Assembly: GCA_051294905.1 (NCBI GenBank)
Contig: CM119371.1
Location: 22,632,001 to 22,696,000 of the forward strand
Length of the DNA stretch: 64,000 nucleotides
DNA from: Botryllus schlosseri
Lineage: Eukaryota
Direction: 5' to 3'
In this document: positions 63,654 through 64,000 of the stretch, in pieces
Position numbering within the stretch: position 1 is the stretch's first letter
How the letters are laid out: each line of letters starts with the position of its first letter
Notes under the pieces: model-generated
What the model saw: the letters and a program-made list of their open reading frames with translations, nothing else
The model's database searches: none
Told to the model about the DNA's origin: nothing
Program-made: the position numbers and the translations under genes

Positions 63654-64000
63654 CTCATTACTATAATTACGTAAATTTCTCAGCTCACATAAGAATCAAT
63701 CCCGTTTTGTGACATACATGGTGATCATGGCGATTTTTCGAACCACGCAATTGGCCATCGGATTTCAGCTGATAAAAAAATGCGGGTATGACGAATGTCC
63801 ATTTATAGTAATTACTAGGGCGAGTTTTTGCAACTTTTGTAACTTTTTTTTACAGCTAAATACTCGGAAATTGTGTAGAATGCTATTTTAAGCTGTTGAA
63901 GGAATCTTATAGTGCAAATTGTTGCAACTTTTGTCCATTTTATTTCATTCAACTTTTTCGATTTTTCATGAAACATTTTGCAAGTTTTTTTGATTTTTCA

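Noticed and set aside
328..63891. The many 60-150 aa ORFs in the supplied track
   Set aside because: Most fall in MITEs, SINEs or antisense to real exons and show no recognisable domain; similar peptides recur only because the repeats recur.

Overview
Eukaryotic, intron-rich, AT-rich animal DNA; an ascidian or similar marine invertebrate is my inference from gene structure and repeat landscape. The only well-supported host genes are two head-to-head paralogues of the core-2/I-branching beta-1,6-N-acetylglucosaminyltransferase family (GCNT, GT14). Gene B (+) is complete: 5 coding exons at 21338-31390, 469 aa, with consistent splice phases. Gene A (-) shows only its first two coding exons (9842-9463, 7299-6936). 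Between their start codons lies a ~5.6-kb imperfect palindrome (arms ~11890-14546 and ~15061-17471). Most of the rest is transposon-derived: many hAT-type non-autonomous elements with 8-bp TSDs, nested up to three deep, plus tRNA-derived SINEs, CR1/L2-type LINE fragments and decayed transposase remnants. Two tiny perfect palindromes (36 bp and 26-28 bp) carry their own target-site duplications. No rRNA, true tRNA or CRISPR array is seen. Family assignments come from recalled motifs, not database searches.
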